A DNA stretch of 63,965 nucleotides, the filler included, from Octopus bimaculoides (taxonomy: Eukaryota), in assembly GCF_001194135.2 (NCBI RefSeq). It is 8 parts of 7 records of this genome, joined end to end, with 100 filler letters (N's around TTAATTAATTAA, not from the genome) between each part and the next. Parts side by side here need not be neighbours in the genome. Positions count along the whole stretch, not along the records: positions 57,780 to 63,965 come from NW_026336419.1; 7 more parts are not named here. One strand, 5' to 3'. Below, one piece after another: positions 63,186 through 63,965 of the stretch. Each line of letters opens with the position of its first letter. The stretch's first letter is position 1. The notes under the pieces are model-generated. The model saw nothing but the letters and a program-made list of their open reading frames with translations, ran no database searches and was not told the origin of the DNA. The position numbers and the translations under genes are program-made.

Positions 63186-63610
63186 TCTTTTCTACTCTAG
63201 GCACAATGCCCAAAATTTTTGGGGAGGGGTGGCCAGTCGATTAGATTGATCTCAGTACGCAACTGGAACTTAATTTATCGACCCCGAAAGGATGAAAGGC
63301 AAAGTCGACCTCGGCGGAATTTGAACTCAGAACATGAAGACGGACGAAATGCTGGTAAGCATTTTGCCTAGCTGCTAACGATTCTGCCAACAACAACAAC
63401 AATAATCTTTTCTACTAAAGGCACAAAGCCTGAACATTTTGGGGAGAGGGGCAAGTCGATTAAATGGACCCCAGTGCGTAACTGGTACTTATTTCACCGA
63501 CCCCCGAAAAGATGAAAGGCAAAGTCGACCTCAGCGGAATTTGAACTCAGAACGTAACAGCAGACGAAATACCGGTGAGCACTATCGCCCGGCGCGCTAA
63601 CGATTCTCCC
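63186..63610 (-). mobile_element. Two tandem SINE A copies
   Basis: Reverse copies at ~63186-63390 and ~63408-63610. Confidence 0.9.
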
Positions 63611-63965
63611 ATCTCAACACCTTAGCAACAACAACAACAATAAAAAAGAACCAATAACAATTGTCACAATACAAAAATAAATAAATAAAAACTAAAAAAT
63701 AAAATCCATAATAAAACAGAAACGACAAATTTCTTCGCATCGTCTGGAATCGATAAGAGCGGGTCAATAACAAAAACACGTCATTGTTTCTTTTTTTTGT
63801 AAAAAAGACGTGAAAATGAAGAGAAAAAGAAGGAAATAGAAAAAGAACGAAAGAATCGACCGCCATAAATTATATAAATAATGTTAATGAGGAAAATATA
63901 AATGTTATTAATGTGCATGTGTGTGTGTGTGGTTATGAACATGTATATGTATGTATATATATATA

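Overview
AT-rich, gap-riddled metazoan genomic scaffold, dominated by microsatellites and repeats. The SINE families and repeat landscape suggest an octopus genome; this is inference, not a database hit. It is not prokaryotic: there is no CRISPR array, rRNA or operon, and nearly all long ORFs in the track are translated microsatellites or N runs. Contents: (1) dozens of tRNA-derived SINE copies from at least 4 families; (2) decayed retroelements (Penelope GIY-YIG/RT, RTE, R4/Dong-like, HERO-like, CR1, Ty3/Gypsy integrase); (3) a few non-autonomous DNA transposons, including a MITE with 37-bp perfect TIRs, an 8-bp TSD and an inverted telomeric (CCCTAA)n/(TTAGGG)n core; (4) an orphan SAP-domain ORF; (5) a phase-compatible chain of three small minus-strand exon candidates from an unidentified gene, one of them enclosed by a ~20-bp duplex that covers its 3' splice site; (6) seven artificial 44N-TTAATTAATTAA-44N scaffold spacers. 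The most notable signal is a set of minimal type-I hammerhead ribozymes (extra A after A9, loop-less palindromic ACGU stem III) carried by three different non-autonomous retroelements. These are a tRNA-headed SINE inserted as a head-to-head palindrome, a 149-nt retrozyme-like 1.27-mer whose repeat boundary coincides with the predicted cleavage site, and a dispersed family with a U-at-position-6 core variant. Penelope remnants, the plausible mobilising partner, lie in the same window. All motif calls and alignments were made by eye; many element boundaries are approximate.
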